Shown here piece by piece: positions 20,927 through 29,867 of a stretch of DNA of 64,000 nt. Position 1 is the first letter of the stretch. Each line of letters begins with the position of its first letter. The notes beneath the pieces were generated by a model. It was given only the letters and a program-made list of their open reading frames with translations. It searched no databases and had not been told where the DNA came from. The DNA lies in assembly GCA_964476585.1 (NCBI GenBank), contig CAYZBF010000002.1:66354-130353 (forward strand), given 5' to 3'. A program made the position numbers and the translations under genes. The DNA is from an uncultured bacterium (GTDB lineage Bacteria; Hydrothermota; UBA3072).

Positions 20927-22383
20927 AAAGTTATCTCCGGGAGACTCTCCATTCCATAACGATGCGCCTCAAGTTTCATAAGTTTTATCAACTCTTTTTT
21001 TGTACTATCCGGAAGTCTTGAGGGTTCATAATCTTTAATTAGTTTCTCTACCTCACTATGAGCCCTTTCTAAAAGTGCTAAACCACCTTCCTCTTGCCAT
21101 CTCGCCCTATTTGCCCTGTCAATTACAGGCCCTGGGAAATAAAATTCTTCATGTAAATACCGACGCGTATGTTCTGATATTAAGAGGTGCTGTTCCCTTA
21201 AGAGTTCTTGGAATCTCGGGAGCGATGGAAAGTCCTCTTTGGGTTCAATTCCCTTTATCAGACGGAGTGCCATTCCACATATCTCATTATCAAGAACAAG
21301 CTTTTCAAGACTCTGGCAACTTTCGAAATCAAGCATCCCAGGCCCTGAAATGTTATTTATACCAGATAGAGTAGCAAGCACAGCACCCATTCCCGATTCA
21401 AGACCTGCCTGTGCATCAAGCTGCTTCGCATCGCTCAGCGATATATAGCCCTGAGTGGGGATACCCAGATATTTCCCGATCTCATTATATGCACAGTCTA
21501 TCATCTGTGTTTCTACAGCCCCCATTGGAGTCGTCTCATATCGGACATCAAATATTGCCGGTGAGCCGCCATAAAGGATAGGTGTTCCTGGATTTATAAA
21601 CTGGCTGATTACTATACCACTCAGAGTCTCAGCTGTATGCTGCACCAATGTCCCGACAAGGGTGACCGGTGCCATAAATCCCGATAATGGCATGGAAACA
21701 AATTCTACGGGGATTGAGTAGAGTGCACAGTCAACAACATTCTGGGATGTAACATCACTCCATTTAAGAGGTGACGTTGGGCAGCAGGAGAATATCGTAA
21801 GAGGTTTTAGTGCAAGTTCCTCTTTTGTCCCACGTACACCAATCTGAAAATCCTTCATTACATTGAATGATTCAATGGTAAAGGCTCCTGTGACAACAGG
21901 TTTTTCACAGTATAGAAGGCTTAAGAACAGCCTATAACTGTCTGAAATTTTTTCATTAATATCTGCTGGTATAAATGCTGTGCTCTGTGAAGCAATGTTA
22001 TTAAGCTGACTTATAACTTTTGTATGTCTGATATAATCCTCTGTATTTGGCTTACGAATCTTCTTAGTTTCACAGTCAAGGATATTTAATGCAGCTGAAC
22101 CAGGCGTAAAATATACATTATAATCCGAAAAGTGATGTGTTTCATTACCAAGAACATCATAGAGTTTAAATGAGCGCGGGACTGTTTCCAAAGCTTTATC
22201 AATAATTTCATCCTTTAGAATAACATGATAGTTCTCCATTTCCACATTTGCACCAAAATCCCCCAGCATAGAAAGGATATCCTCATTGTGAATCTCCACG
22301 CCAAGTTTACAAAGAACTTCCCTCGCTTCCCTTATTATCTTTTCTATAAGCTCATCGCTCAGAAATCTTAAAACAGGCCTCAT
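20923..22383 (-). CDS. MttB-superfamily methyltransferase (non-pyrrolysine; quaternary-amine:corrinoid methyltransferase type)
   Basis: A 486-aa uninterrupted ORF with no in-frame TAG. TIM-barrel MttB family similarity throughout. Confidence 0.8.
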   Translation of the reverse strand: MRPVLRFLSDELIEKIIREAREVLCKLGVEIHNEDILSMLGDFGANVEMENYHVILKDEIIDKALETVPRSFKLYDVLGNETHHFSDYNVYFTPGSAALNILDCETKKIRKPNTEDYIRHTKVISQLNNIASQSTAFIPADINEKISDSYRLFLSLLYCEKPVVTGAFTIESFNVMKDFQIGVRGTKEELALKPLTIFSCCPTSPLKWSDVTSQNVVDCALYSIPVEFVSMPLSGFMAPVTLVGTLVQHTAETLSGIVISQFINPGTPILYGGSPAIFDVRYETTPMGAVETQMIDCAYNEIGKYLGIPTQGYISLSDAKQLDAQAGLESGMGAVLATLSGINNISGPGMLDFESCQSLEKLVLDNEICGMALRLIKGIEPKEDFPSLPRFQELLREQHLLISEHTRRYLHEEFYFPGPVIDRANRARWQEEGGLALLERAHSEVEKLIKDYEPSRLPDSTKKELIKLMKLEAHRYGMESLPEITL

Positions 22384-22472
22384 TATCTACTCCTTTTAAA
22401 TTCATAATAATTTGCTTAATCATACATAAAATCTCCAAATATTGCAAGGAATTTTTTAAATACAAATGTCAC

Positions 22473-22502
22473 TTGACTTTTTTCTTTCTCCGCTATTATA
22501 AT
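22473..22502 (+). promoter_or_regulatory. sigma70-type promoter for the TetR gene (TTGACT-N17-TATAAT)
   Basis: TTGACT at 22473 and TATAAT at 22497. The -10 overlaps the left operator arm. Confidence 0.5.
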
Positions 22503-22532
22503 AATGACTGACCGTTCGGCCATTATTATAAT
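22495..22532. promoter_or_regulatory. perfect 12-bp inverted repeat ATTATAATAATG-N14-CATTATTATAAT (putative TetR operator)
   Basis: Seen directly. It sits in the divergent region between mttB-like (minus) and tetR (plus). Confidence 0.55.
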
Positions 22533-22568
22533 GAAAGTAAATCAAGGAAATTTTAAAGGAGTATTTCA

Positions 22569-23210
22569 GTGCCAAAGATTGTAAATAAAGAACAGCGTAA
22601 AAAAGAAATAGCTCTTGCTGCATTGGATATATTTGCAGAAAAGGGTTTTGAGGCAGCCACTATAAATGAAATAACCAGGTTTGCAGGAATAGGCAAAGGT
22701 ACCATCTATGAGTATTTCAAATCAAAGGATGACCTGATTTTCAACTCAATAAAGGTGTGGCTCGAACTTATAGAGAAAAAAACTAAAGATCAGATTGTTG
22801 AAATTAATGATCCTGCCCAGCGCCTTCGTACATTTGTACAGGCTTCAATGGAGGCTTTTATATCGGATGAACACGCTATGAAGCTTTCAATTGCTTTAAT
22901 GCAAATAACATTAAGTGAAACAAAGCCTTACATAGAAAAAAAAGTTTTTTTTGAGACACTTATGAATATGTCCAAAATTATTGTGGACATTCTTCAAGAT
23001 GGAGTATCTAAGGGGGTATTCAAACCGGAAGTATCAAAAAATGCCGAAAAGATAGCTGTTAACTTATTAGCATACCTTGATGGCATAAGCGCATATTATT
23101 GTATAAACAAAGCTCACATTAATCTCAAGAAACAGATTGATATCTTCCTCAAGCAGCTTATGGCAAGTATAATGATGCCCCAATCTACCCAAAAAAAAAG
23201 GAGAGTATGA
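22569..23210 (+). CDS. TetR/AcrR family transcriptional regulator
   Basis: N-terminal HTH (ATINEITRFAGIGKGTIYEYFKSKDDL). Confidence 0.9.
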   Translation: MPKIVNKEQRKKEIALAALDIFAEKGFEAATINEITRFAGIGKGTIYEYFKSKDDLIFNSIKVWLELIEKKTKDQIVEINDPAQRLRTFVQASMEAFISDEHAMKLSIALMQITLSETKPYIEKKVFFETLMNMSKIIVDILQDGVSKGVFKPEVSKNAEKIAVNLLAYLDGISAYYCINKAHINLKKQIDIFLKQLMASIMMPQSTQKKRRV

Positions 23211-23242
23211 TTATGGTGGGGGCAGAAGCTCGCTCTCACTAA

Positions 23243-23276
23243 TGGAAAAGTCATGCTTTTCCCCCAATATTTTTTC
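23243..23276 (+). terminator. putative intrinsic terminator after tetR (GGAAAAG-tcatg-CTTTTCC + T-run)
   Basis: 7-bp stem and T-rich tail, seen directly. It overlaps the start of a dispersed-repeat copy. Confidence 0.35.
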
Positions 23277-23340
23277 TCTGTGCTCTCTGCCTACCCCGTA
23301 GGGAGGAACCGACCGTATCGAGGTATCTCTGTGGCAAAAA
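23275..23340. repeat. dispersed element copy (CTCTGTGCTCTCTGCCTACCCCGTAGGGAGGAACCGACCGTATCGAGGTATCTCTGTGGCAAAAAG)
   Basis: The 27-bp core is identical (reverse-complemented) to 59809-59838. The 3' part resembles the reverse complement of 44701-44722. Confidence 0.65.
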
Positions 23341-23379
23341 GTCAACTTGCAAAATGGAATTTTAACAATATATTGGACT

Positions 23380-23772
23380 ATGGTGCGCTGGATAGGTCTT
23401 GATATCGGAAGTAAATGGACTGGGATTGCAATGACCGATGAGTTGAACATTATAGAGCCCAGGGATACGATAAAAACTGAAGACTTAATCAAGGAACTGA
23501 AGAGATACAAGCAGGAATATGAGATAGAAGGTTTGGTAGTGGGATTTCCTTTGACGACAAAGGGAAAGGTAGGAGAGAGAGCAAAAATGGTGGAGAGGAT
23601 AAAAGAGGAGATACAGATCGAATTAAACCTTCCTGTCCATCTCCATGATGAACGCTTTACAACAAAAGAAGCGATGGAAATAGCTTTGGAAATAGGTAAA
23701 GCAAAGGATAAGCGACTACTCGATAGAATAAGTGCAACGTTAATCCTAAAGAGGTTCTTTGAAGAGAATTAA
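23380..23772 (+). CDS. ruvX: Holliday junction resolvase-like RuvX/YqgF
   Basis: MVRWIGLDIGSKWTGIA N-terminus; RNase H-like YqgF family. Confidence 0.8.
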   Translation: MVRWIGLDIGSKWTGIAMTDELNIIEPRDTIKTEDLIKELKRYKQEYEIEGLVVGFPLTTKGKVGERAKMVERIKEEIQIELNLPVHLHDERFTTKEAMEIALEIGKAKDKRLLDRISATLILKRFFEEN

Positions 23773-24745
23773 GATTTTCTGTATTCCCTTAATTATTGCT
23801 CTCCTTTTATCCCCAATAGCCTTTTCCAAATTAAAGAACGAAGAAATAGCTGTAAAGATTGAAAAGGGGAAGAATGTCAATGAGATTGCTTCACTCTTAG
23901 CTCAAGGGCGAATAATTGAGGATAGATACGGATTTCGAATATTGTGTACCCTTAGCGGGAAAGCAAATAAGCTCTCCTACGGGTGGTACAAACTGAGAAC
24001 TTACCAGGAGCCTCGTTCCGTTCTAACTATTCTATCAAAGGGTCAAAGAATGACTGTCTGTGTAACTATACCAGAGGGATTAACTGTGGAGCAGACGATA
24101 AATCTTTTAGCATTGAAGACTGATATCGACGTAGAAGGCCTGGATTCTTTATCCCATGATGCGGAATTTATACACAGTTTAGGAATAAATGTTAACTCCC
24201 TGGAGGGTTTTCTCTTTCCTGATACATATATCTTTTATAGAAGTGAAGACCCGGGGAAGGTTATAAAAAATATGGTTTTTAACCTATTTTCCATATTAAA
24301 ACCCGCTTCCAGAATCAGTGATTCCAGAATTGTGATTCATTCAATGGAATTTAACCCATATGAGATACTAACGATAGCATCCCTTGTTGAGAAGGAAGCA
24401 ATGGTGGATAGAGAAAAACCAATTATAGCTTCTGTCATCTATAACAGATTAAAGAAAAGAATTAGACTTCAAATCGATGCAACAGTGCTTTATGCTTTAG
24501 GATATCATAAGCCGCGCGTTTATTACAAAGATCTCAAAATAGACTCACCGTATAACACGTATAAAAACAAGGGTCTTCCTCCAGGACCAATCGCCAATCC
24601 CGGATACCAAGCAATAATTGCTGCAATGCATCCAGCAAAAACTGATTATCTTTATTATGTGGCCACTGGTAAAGGAGACCACATCTTTACAAAAACCCTT
24701 AGTGAACACAATAGGGCAAAATTTGAGGTAAAGAGAAACCAGTAG
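23759..24745 (+). CDS. mltG: endolytic murein transglycosylase MltG (YceG family)
   Basis: N-terminal TM anchor and a YceG-like domain; classic ruvX-mltG pairing. Confidence 0.8.
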   Translation: MKRIKIFCIPLIIALLLSPIAFSKLKNEEIAVKIEKGKNVNEIASLLAQGRIIEDRYGFRILCTLSGKANKLSYGWYKLRTYQEPRSVLTILSKGQRMTVCVTIPEGLTVEQTINLLALKTDIDVEGLDSLSHDAEFIHSLGINVNSLEGFLFPDTYIFYRSEDPGKVIKNMVFNLFSILKPASRISDSRIVIHSMEFNPYEILTIASLVEKEAMVDREKPIIASVIYNRLKKRIRLQIDATVLYALGYHKPRVYYKDLKIDSPYNTYKNKGLPPGPIANPGYQAIIAAMHPAKTDYLYYVATGKGDHIFTKTLSEHNRAKFEVKRNQ

Positions 24746-24850
24746 TCGCTACACCCCATTGAAAAAGTATTTGGACGCAGATTAACGCAGAAAAATGGGT
24801 TAATAGGAAAATGAGTAAATGGGTGAATGAGGTGGTCTATTTAAACAATT

Positions 24851-24888
24851 ATCGAGGATCGAGCATCTAGCATCGAGAATCCAGTATC
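24851..24888. repeat. 5.4 x 7-bp tandem repeat ATCGAGN
   Basis: ATCGAGG ATCGAGC ATCTAGC ATCGAGA ATCCAGT ATC, seen directly. Confidence 0.7.
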
Positions 24889-24959
24889 TTTCACTGAAAC
24901 CTAAAGTTGTATTTTTTATCTGTATAGATCAGTGTCTAAAATTGGGGTTGGGAATTTTG

Positions 24960-25736
24960 TTATTTCTTTAATGCTTGAATCAATCCGGAAATTGTATATT
25001 CCATAGGAACATTAATGCCATTTTCTCTAAGTTTTTTGGACACAGAAATTGCATAAGGAATATCACAACCAGCTTCAAATACCACATCCCAATCCACTTC
25101 CCTCGGTGGGCAAGAGCACACAATCTTACCATCAACGATTAGAGTAAGTTGGTCTACGCATTCAATAATATCATTCGAGTGATGAGCAATCAATATGACC
25201 CCAACCTCACCCTTTAGTGATTCAATAATAGTTACCATCCTTTTCCTCGTCTCCCAGTCAAGCCCGCTAAAAGGTTCGTCAAGGATTATCCATGATGGTT
25301 CCCAAACTAGTATTGAAGCAAGGGCCACTAATCTCTTTTCACCCTCAGAAAGAGTAAAAGGGGATCCCGAAAGGATCTCATCTCTCAACCCAACCAATTC
25401 AACTACACGCGAAACTTGTTCATCTATGCGTTCCAAATGGTGTTTCCTGGCACCATAAGCAATCTCTTCATAAACACTCTCCTTAAAGAAAAGATCTTCC
25501 GGAAACTGAAAGAGAAATCCCATCTCCTTACGAACACCTTGAATTTTTCCCCTGGGAAATACTACCCTCCCACTTCGAGGCTTCATTAGATGTGCAATTA
25601 GGAGAGCAAGAGTAGTCTTACCTGCAGCAGTGGGACCTACGATAAGATGAACTTCACCGGATTCAAATCTAAGAGAACAATTCTTTAATACTAAGGAATC
25701 GCCATATCCAAAGCTTACATTCTTTAAGAGTACCAT
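24960..25736 (-). CDS. ABC ATPase, ECF-transporter EcfA-type
   Basis: Walker A (GPTAAGKTT), ABC signature, EcfA-like Q-loop region. Confidence 0.75.
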   Translation of the reverse strand: MVLLKNVSFGYGDSLVLKNCSLRFESGEVHLIVGPTAAGKTTLALLIAHLMKPRSGRVVFPRGKIQGVRKEMGFLFQFPEDLFFKESVYEEIAYGARKHHLERIDEQVSRVVELVGLRDEILSGSPFTLSEGEKRLVALASILVWEPSWIILDEPFSGLDWETRKRMVTIIESLKGEVGVILIAHHSNDIIECVDQLTLIVDGKIVCSCPPREVDWDVVFEAGCDIPYAISVSKKLRENGINVPMEYTISGLIQALKK

Positions 25737-26491
25737 CAGAGAATTTCCAGAATCTCCTCAAATTTCGGAATATCGCTCTTATTTTCTTTAAGCAGTTTTT
25801 TAAACAAAGCCTTCTGCGTAGGAATGATATCCTTCTCCATTAGACTTTGGATCGAGGATTCGAAATTTACCTCCCCATTCTCAAGTAAAATCACTCTGTC
25901 CCCCCATCTTATTTCTTCAAAATCCTGCGTTATTATAAGTAGTGACGAGGAACACTCATCCCACAATCTATAAATCCTCTCTCGTGTTCTCCTGTCCAGA
26001 AATGAAGTTACTTCGTCAAAAATAAGGTAATCAGGAGACATTGCGTAGATACTAGCTATAGCTACGAGTTGCTTCTCTCCTCCTGAAAGTTCAGCGGGAT
26101 CTCGATTGAGCATATCCTTCAAATCCAATTCGTCAATAATGGAATCTATCCTTCCTCGAATTTTCTCGTGGTTCTCTTCAATATTACTCAAACCAAATGC
26201 TATCTCCCGCTCTACATCAGTTGTAACAAACTGGGTTTCTGGATCTTGAAAAACAATACCTATCTTCTGTCTAAGGGAGGTAAGACCATAAGCAGAAACC
26301 GGTCTGGAATCAATAATTATATCTCCTGAAGCAGGTTTAAGAATACCTGAGAGTGATAATGCTAAGGTAGTTTTACCAGCACCATTTGGTCCTAAAAGAA
26401 TTAAATTTTCTCCTTTATGCCATGAGAAAGAAACATTCCGGATGACAACTTTTTCTCCCCTCTCAATGGTTAAGGAATCGACTCTTATCAC
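25736..26491 (-). CDS. ABC ATPase, ECF-transporter EcfA-type
   Basis: Walker A (GPNGAGKTT), LSGGEKQ signature, FQDPETQF EcfA motif. Confidence 0.75.
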   Translation of the reverse strand: MIRVDSLTIERGEKVVIRNVSFSWHKGENLILLGPNGAGKTTLALSLSGILKPASGDIIIDSRPVSAYGLTSLRQKIGIVFQDPETQFVTTDVEREIAFGLSNIEENHEKIRGRIDSIIDELDLKDMLNRDPAELSGGEKQLVAIASIYAMSPDYLIFDEVTSFLDRRTRERIYRLWDECSSSLLIITQDFEEIRWGDRVILLENGEVNFESSIQSLMEKDIIPTQKALFKKLLKENKSDIPKFEEILEIL

Positions 26492-26500
26492 ATGTAGAGA

Positions 26501-27406
26501 TTAGTAAGTATTCTTATAAGTATCTAAATAGTCATAAGGATTTATAGGTTGACCTAGAACCCTTACCTCGTAATGTAGATGTGGACCTGTAACCCTACCT
26601 GATGATCCGATACAACCAACCCTTTTACCCCTTTTAACCTTCTGTCCTTCCACCACATAGATCTTTTTCAGGTGAGCATATCTTGTCTCAAAGCCAAATC
26701 CATGTTTTATCTTCACTGTGTTACCATATCCAGGTCTCAATTTGGTTGAAGTGACAATACCATCAGCAGCAGCTACAACAGGAGTCCCGGGATAATTTGC
26801 TATGTCAAGACCCTCATGAAATTGACGCTTGTGGGTTATAGGATGTGTTCTCCATCCAAAGCCATCAGTAAGCCAACCGTATGTAGGCCAGATAGAAGGG
26901 GTATGAGAGAGACACCTTTCGAGTTTAGTGAGTTTATCTTCTGAATCCTCTAAAGATTTCCTCTCAAGACCTATTAAATTCTGTATTCTATTAATATGAC
27001 TTTCCACCTGTTTGACACTAATGTCAATCGCATCAGAATAGAATTCTTTCCTCTCAGGAAATCCACCTACACCCATCTGCTTCACAGATTTGCTAATCGG
27101 ACTCAATTCACTGGCAAGCAGGAGTAAAGTATTATTCTGCCCTACTTTTTCCAGGCTTCCATCAAGAAGGGAAACTTCGTTACTTATTATCTCGAGCTTC
27201 CTGAAATATTGCTCATTTTCCTTTTTGAGTTCTGCATACTCTCTAAGAAGTGCTTTATTCTTATTCCCTTCAACTACAATATAACTAAATGCTCCACTCA
27301 ATATACCTAAAATTATGATAAGGGAACATACTAATTTTTCAGAAAAAGTAAAACCCCATACCTTTTCCCTGGTATTGAATATTATACTCCATTTATGCAG
27401 AAACAT
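26501..27406 (-). CDS. M23 family metallopeptidase with N-terminal coiled coil (EnvC-like)
   Basis: HxxxD and HLHYE M23 motifs, with a coiled-coil segment after an N-terminal TM helix. Confidence 0.8.
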   Translation of the reverse strand: MFLHKWSIIFNTREKVWGFTFSEKLVCSLIIILGILSGAFSYIVVEGNKNKALLREYAELKKENEQYFRKLEIISNEVSLLDGSLEKVGQNNTLLLLASELSPISKSVKQMGVGGFPERKEFYSDAIDISVKQVESHINRIQNLIGLERKSLEDSEDKLTKLERCLSHTPSIWPTYGWLTDGFGWRTHPITHKRQFHEGLDIANYPGTPVVAAADGIVTSTKLRPGYGNTVKIKHGFGFETRYAHLKKIYVVEGQKVKRGKRVGCIGSSGRVTGPHLHYEVRVLGQPINPYDYLDTYKNTY

Positions 27407-27700
27407 AATATATCTCTATAATGATTTATATTAAAATGTCAAGTGTTTTTTTTTAAAAAATTAGTATTTTTTTATATTTAAAATCCCAAAATAATCCGAA
27501 AATTTTAATAATTTATCTCAAGGCATTTAGAGATTAAAACCGAATATGTAATATTTTATGCAAATGAATATTACAAAACCCAAGGAGGAAATTATCACTT
27601 TTATTTTCAACCATGGATAAACGCGGATTTATAAATGTTTCTATCTAAATATTGTTATAAACGAATTGAGGGGCTAATGTGTGTGAACTACTTAAATTAA

Positions 27701-28285
27701 TTAACCAATTAACTGATCAACTAATCCACTATTTTTATAAAGGCCATGTTTTTTAATATAATCAAACACTCTATATGGTAAATAATAATCCACAGGTTCT
27801 TTGTCACTTATAGCATTCCTGATCTCTGTAGATGAAATTTCTATGATCTTTGATTGTAATGGATTTAAATAAGGAGGGTATTCCTTTGGGGATTTACTCC
27901 TTCTAAGAACGTATACTTCAGCTATTTCAATAATCTCGTTCCATCTATGCCAGGAAGCAAATTCTTCTGCCTGATCTTCCCCTATGAGTAGGCAAAGCTC
28001 GCTCTCTTTCTCTTTAAGTTCCTTCAGGGTATCATAGGTATACGAAATACCCTTTCTCCTTCCTTCTATACCAAGGACCTCGAAGAAAGGATTATTCTCG
28101 GTAGCAAGGCATAACATTTCGAATCGATGATGGAAAGGTGTGGTTTTAATATCTTTCTTAAAAGGGGAGATCCAGGTAGGAACAAAGAGAACCTTTTCGA
28201 GGCCCAAAATTCGAACGGCATCTATAGCTACTATTAAATGCCCGATATGAACGGGATCGAAATTACCTCCGAAGACTCCCTTCAC
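27701..28285 (-). CDS. nadD: nicotinate-nucleotide adenylyltransferase NadD
   Basis: GGNFDPVHIGH N-terminal motif. Confidence 0.9.
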   Translation of the reverse strand: MKGVFGGNFDPVHIGHLIVAIDAVRILGLEKVLFVPTWISPFKKDIKTTPFHHRFEMLCLATENNPFFEVLGIEGRRKGISYTYDTLKELKEKESELCLLIGEDQAEEFASWHRWNEIIEIAEVYVLRRSKSPKEYPPYLNPLQSKIIEISSTEIRNAISDKEPVDYYLPYRVFDYIKKHGLYKNSGLVDQLIG

Positions 28286-28995
28286 TGAATTTGATCTAAC
28301 CTTTCTTTTGCTTCCCCCCCAAAATCTCCACCCACCTTGCTATAATAAAAGATTGCAAGAGAATCATTACCAGCACTATGGTAAATGTCTCCGAGAAGTA
28401 GGTAAGCCTTATCATCCCACTTATCGCTCTTTTTGATTACTCCTTTGAGGTATACCTTAGCTGCCTCATACCTACCCATTTTCATATAGATCTCCGCTAT
28501 ATCAAGGAGCTTTTGGTTACGTTTCTCATACACTCTATCCTTTCCTTCTTTTGCCTCTTCTAAATAGCTTGAGTAGGGATATCTAACAATAAACTCTTCA
28601 TACACTGTAAGAGCTTCTTTTGCCATCGTCTGATCGCGTTGAGCTATCGGAGACAAATTCTCAAGACACTCTGCCTTTCGTAGCAGTGCCTTCTCTGCAT
28701 ACTCAGAACTTGGAAAATTGGCTATCAAGAATTGAAACTCTGGAAGGGCTTCTTCGTATTCTCTAATCTTGTAGTAAGACTCTGCATAGTAGAACTGTGC
28801 ATCATCTACCCACTCACTACCTGGATACCTGTTGAAGAAAAACTTAAAATACTCTATACTTTTTCTATAATCTCCCTTTTCAAAATATCCATAGGCTCTT
28901 TGGTATTCTTCATCTGATGATAAAAGGGTTGGCTTTATGTCATGAATACATGTAGTAAAAGTAAGACATAAGACTGCTATAATAAGTTTTTTCAA
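28282..28995 (-). CDS. BamD/YfiO-like TPR lipoprotein
   Basis: TPR repeats and a lipoprotein signal (LKKLIIAVLCLTFTTC). I place the start at TTG 28995, which has GGAGG 5 nt upstream and overlaps the upstream stop. The track's longer ORF to 29097 would overlap the upstream gene by 106 nt. Confidence 0.6.
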   Translation of the reverse strand: MKKLIIAVLCLTFTTCIHDIKPTLLSSDEEYQRAYGYFEKGDYRKSIEYFKFFFNRYPGSEWVDDAQFYYAESYYKIREYEEALPEFQFLIANFPSSEYAEKALLRKAECLENLSPIAQRDQTMAKEALTVYEEFIVRYPYSSYLEEAKEGKDRVYEKRNQKLLDIAEIYMKMGRYEAAKVYLKGVIKKSDKWDDKAYLLLGDIYHSAGNDSLAIFYYSKVGGDFGGEAKERLDQIQ

Positions 28996-29867
28996 GATCC
29001 CTCCTCCATACTTCCTACGACTCTGAGTCTCTCTTTCGCGTCCCTTACAATCCTTGGTTTTGCAAATTGATTTATGCTCAGGACCTTCTTGTAGCACGAT
29101 TCCGCTTCCTTATATTTCTCCTGTGCGAACCTAATGTCCCCTAAAAGAAAATAGGCATCGTCTAGGAGCACCTTGGGAAGACCTAGAGAGATAACTTGAG
29201 CAAGATACAATTCAGAAGAGGAATAATTTCTCTCTTCAAACCTTTTCTTTGCAAGCATGAAGGACACCTTTCCTAACCAGTATTTAACCCTCCAATGCTT
29301 ATGAATCTCTACCCCCTCCTTCAGTTCCTGATAAGCAGACAATAGCTCACCATCATGTATATAGCACTGTGCCAATTGGAATCTGGCATCCATATTTAAA
29401 CTATCATACCCAATTCCAACCTTATAGAAATCAATAGCCTTATCATAGTTCATGGAATCAAAGTACCAATCGCCCATAAAGAAATTCCTTGCTCCCAGAT
29501 CAAATCCTGGATCATATTCGAGTATCTTCTCCAGCATTAAATGAGCAGTGAAATCCATACCTCTTGTTATCGCATTATCAGCTGCCTTCTCTAGATCCAA
29601 AAGGACATTTGGCTTCCATGAAGGGTTAAGATCCAGTAGTCTATCAAAAGCTCTTATTGCCCTGCGCGGGTCATTCAGACGCAAATAAATATCTCCCTCC
29701 AGATATATTTCCCTTGGAACATTTGAATTTTTTAAAAGAAGCAATGCTTGTGTGGCCTTCATCGAATTGTAATACTCCATTGCTTTCTCATAATTACTCC
29801 GCCTACTGCAATTTTGAGAAAACAGGAGAGCCAAGATAAGGATTGTTAACTTACAAACGTTCGACAA
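28992..29867 (-). CDS. TPR-repeat lipoprotein
   Basis: Signal peptide plus lipobox-like LFSQNC, then multiple TPR repeats. Confidence 0.6.
   Translation of the reverse strand: MSNVCKLTILILALLFSQNCSRRSNYEKAMEYYNSMKATQALLLLKNSNVPREIYLEGDIYLRLNDPRRAIRAFDRLLDLNPSWKPNVLLDLEKAADNAITRGMDFTAHLMLEKILEYDPGFDLGARNFFMGDWYFDSMNYDKAIDFYKVGIGYDSLNMDARFQLAQCYIHDGELLSAYQELKEGVEIHKHWRVKYWLGKVSFMLAKKRFEERNYSSSELYLAQVISLGLPKVLLDDAYFLLGDIRFAQEKYKEAESCYKKVLSINQFAKPRIVRDAKERLRVVGSMEEGS

Noticed and set aside
20923-22383. Pyrrolysine-containing trimethylamine methyltransferase MttB
   Set aside because: The ORF is uninterrupted (no in-frame UAG) and no pylTSBCD genes are nearby. It is a non-Pyl MttB-superfamily member, so TMA is an unlikely substrate.
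28282-29097. Track's longer version of the BamD-like ORF (GTG start at 29097)
   Set aside because: It would overlap the upstream TPR-lipoprotein gene by 106 nt with a non-protein-like N-terminal extension. A TTG at 28995 with GGAGG spacing, followed immediately by a lipoprotein signal peptide, is the more plausible start.
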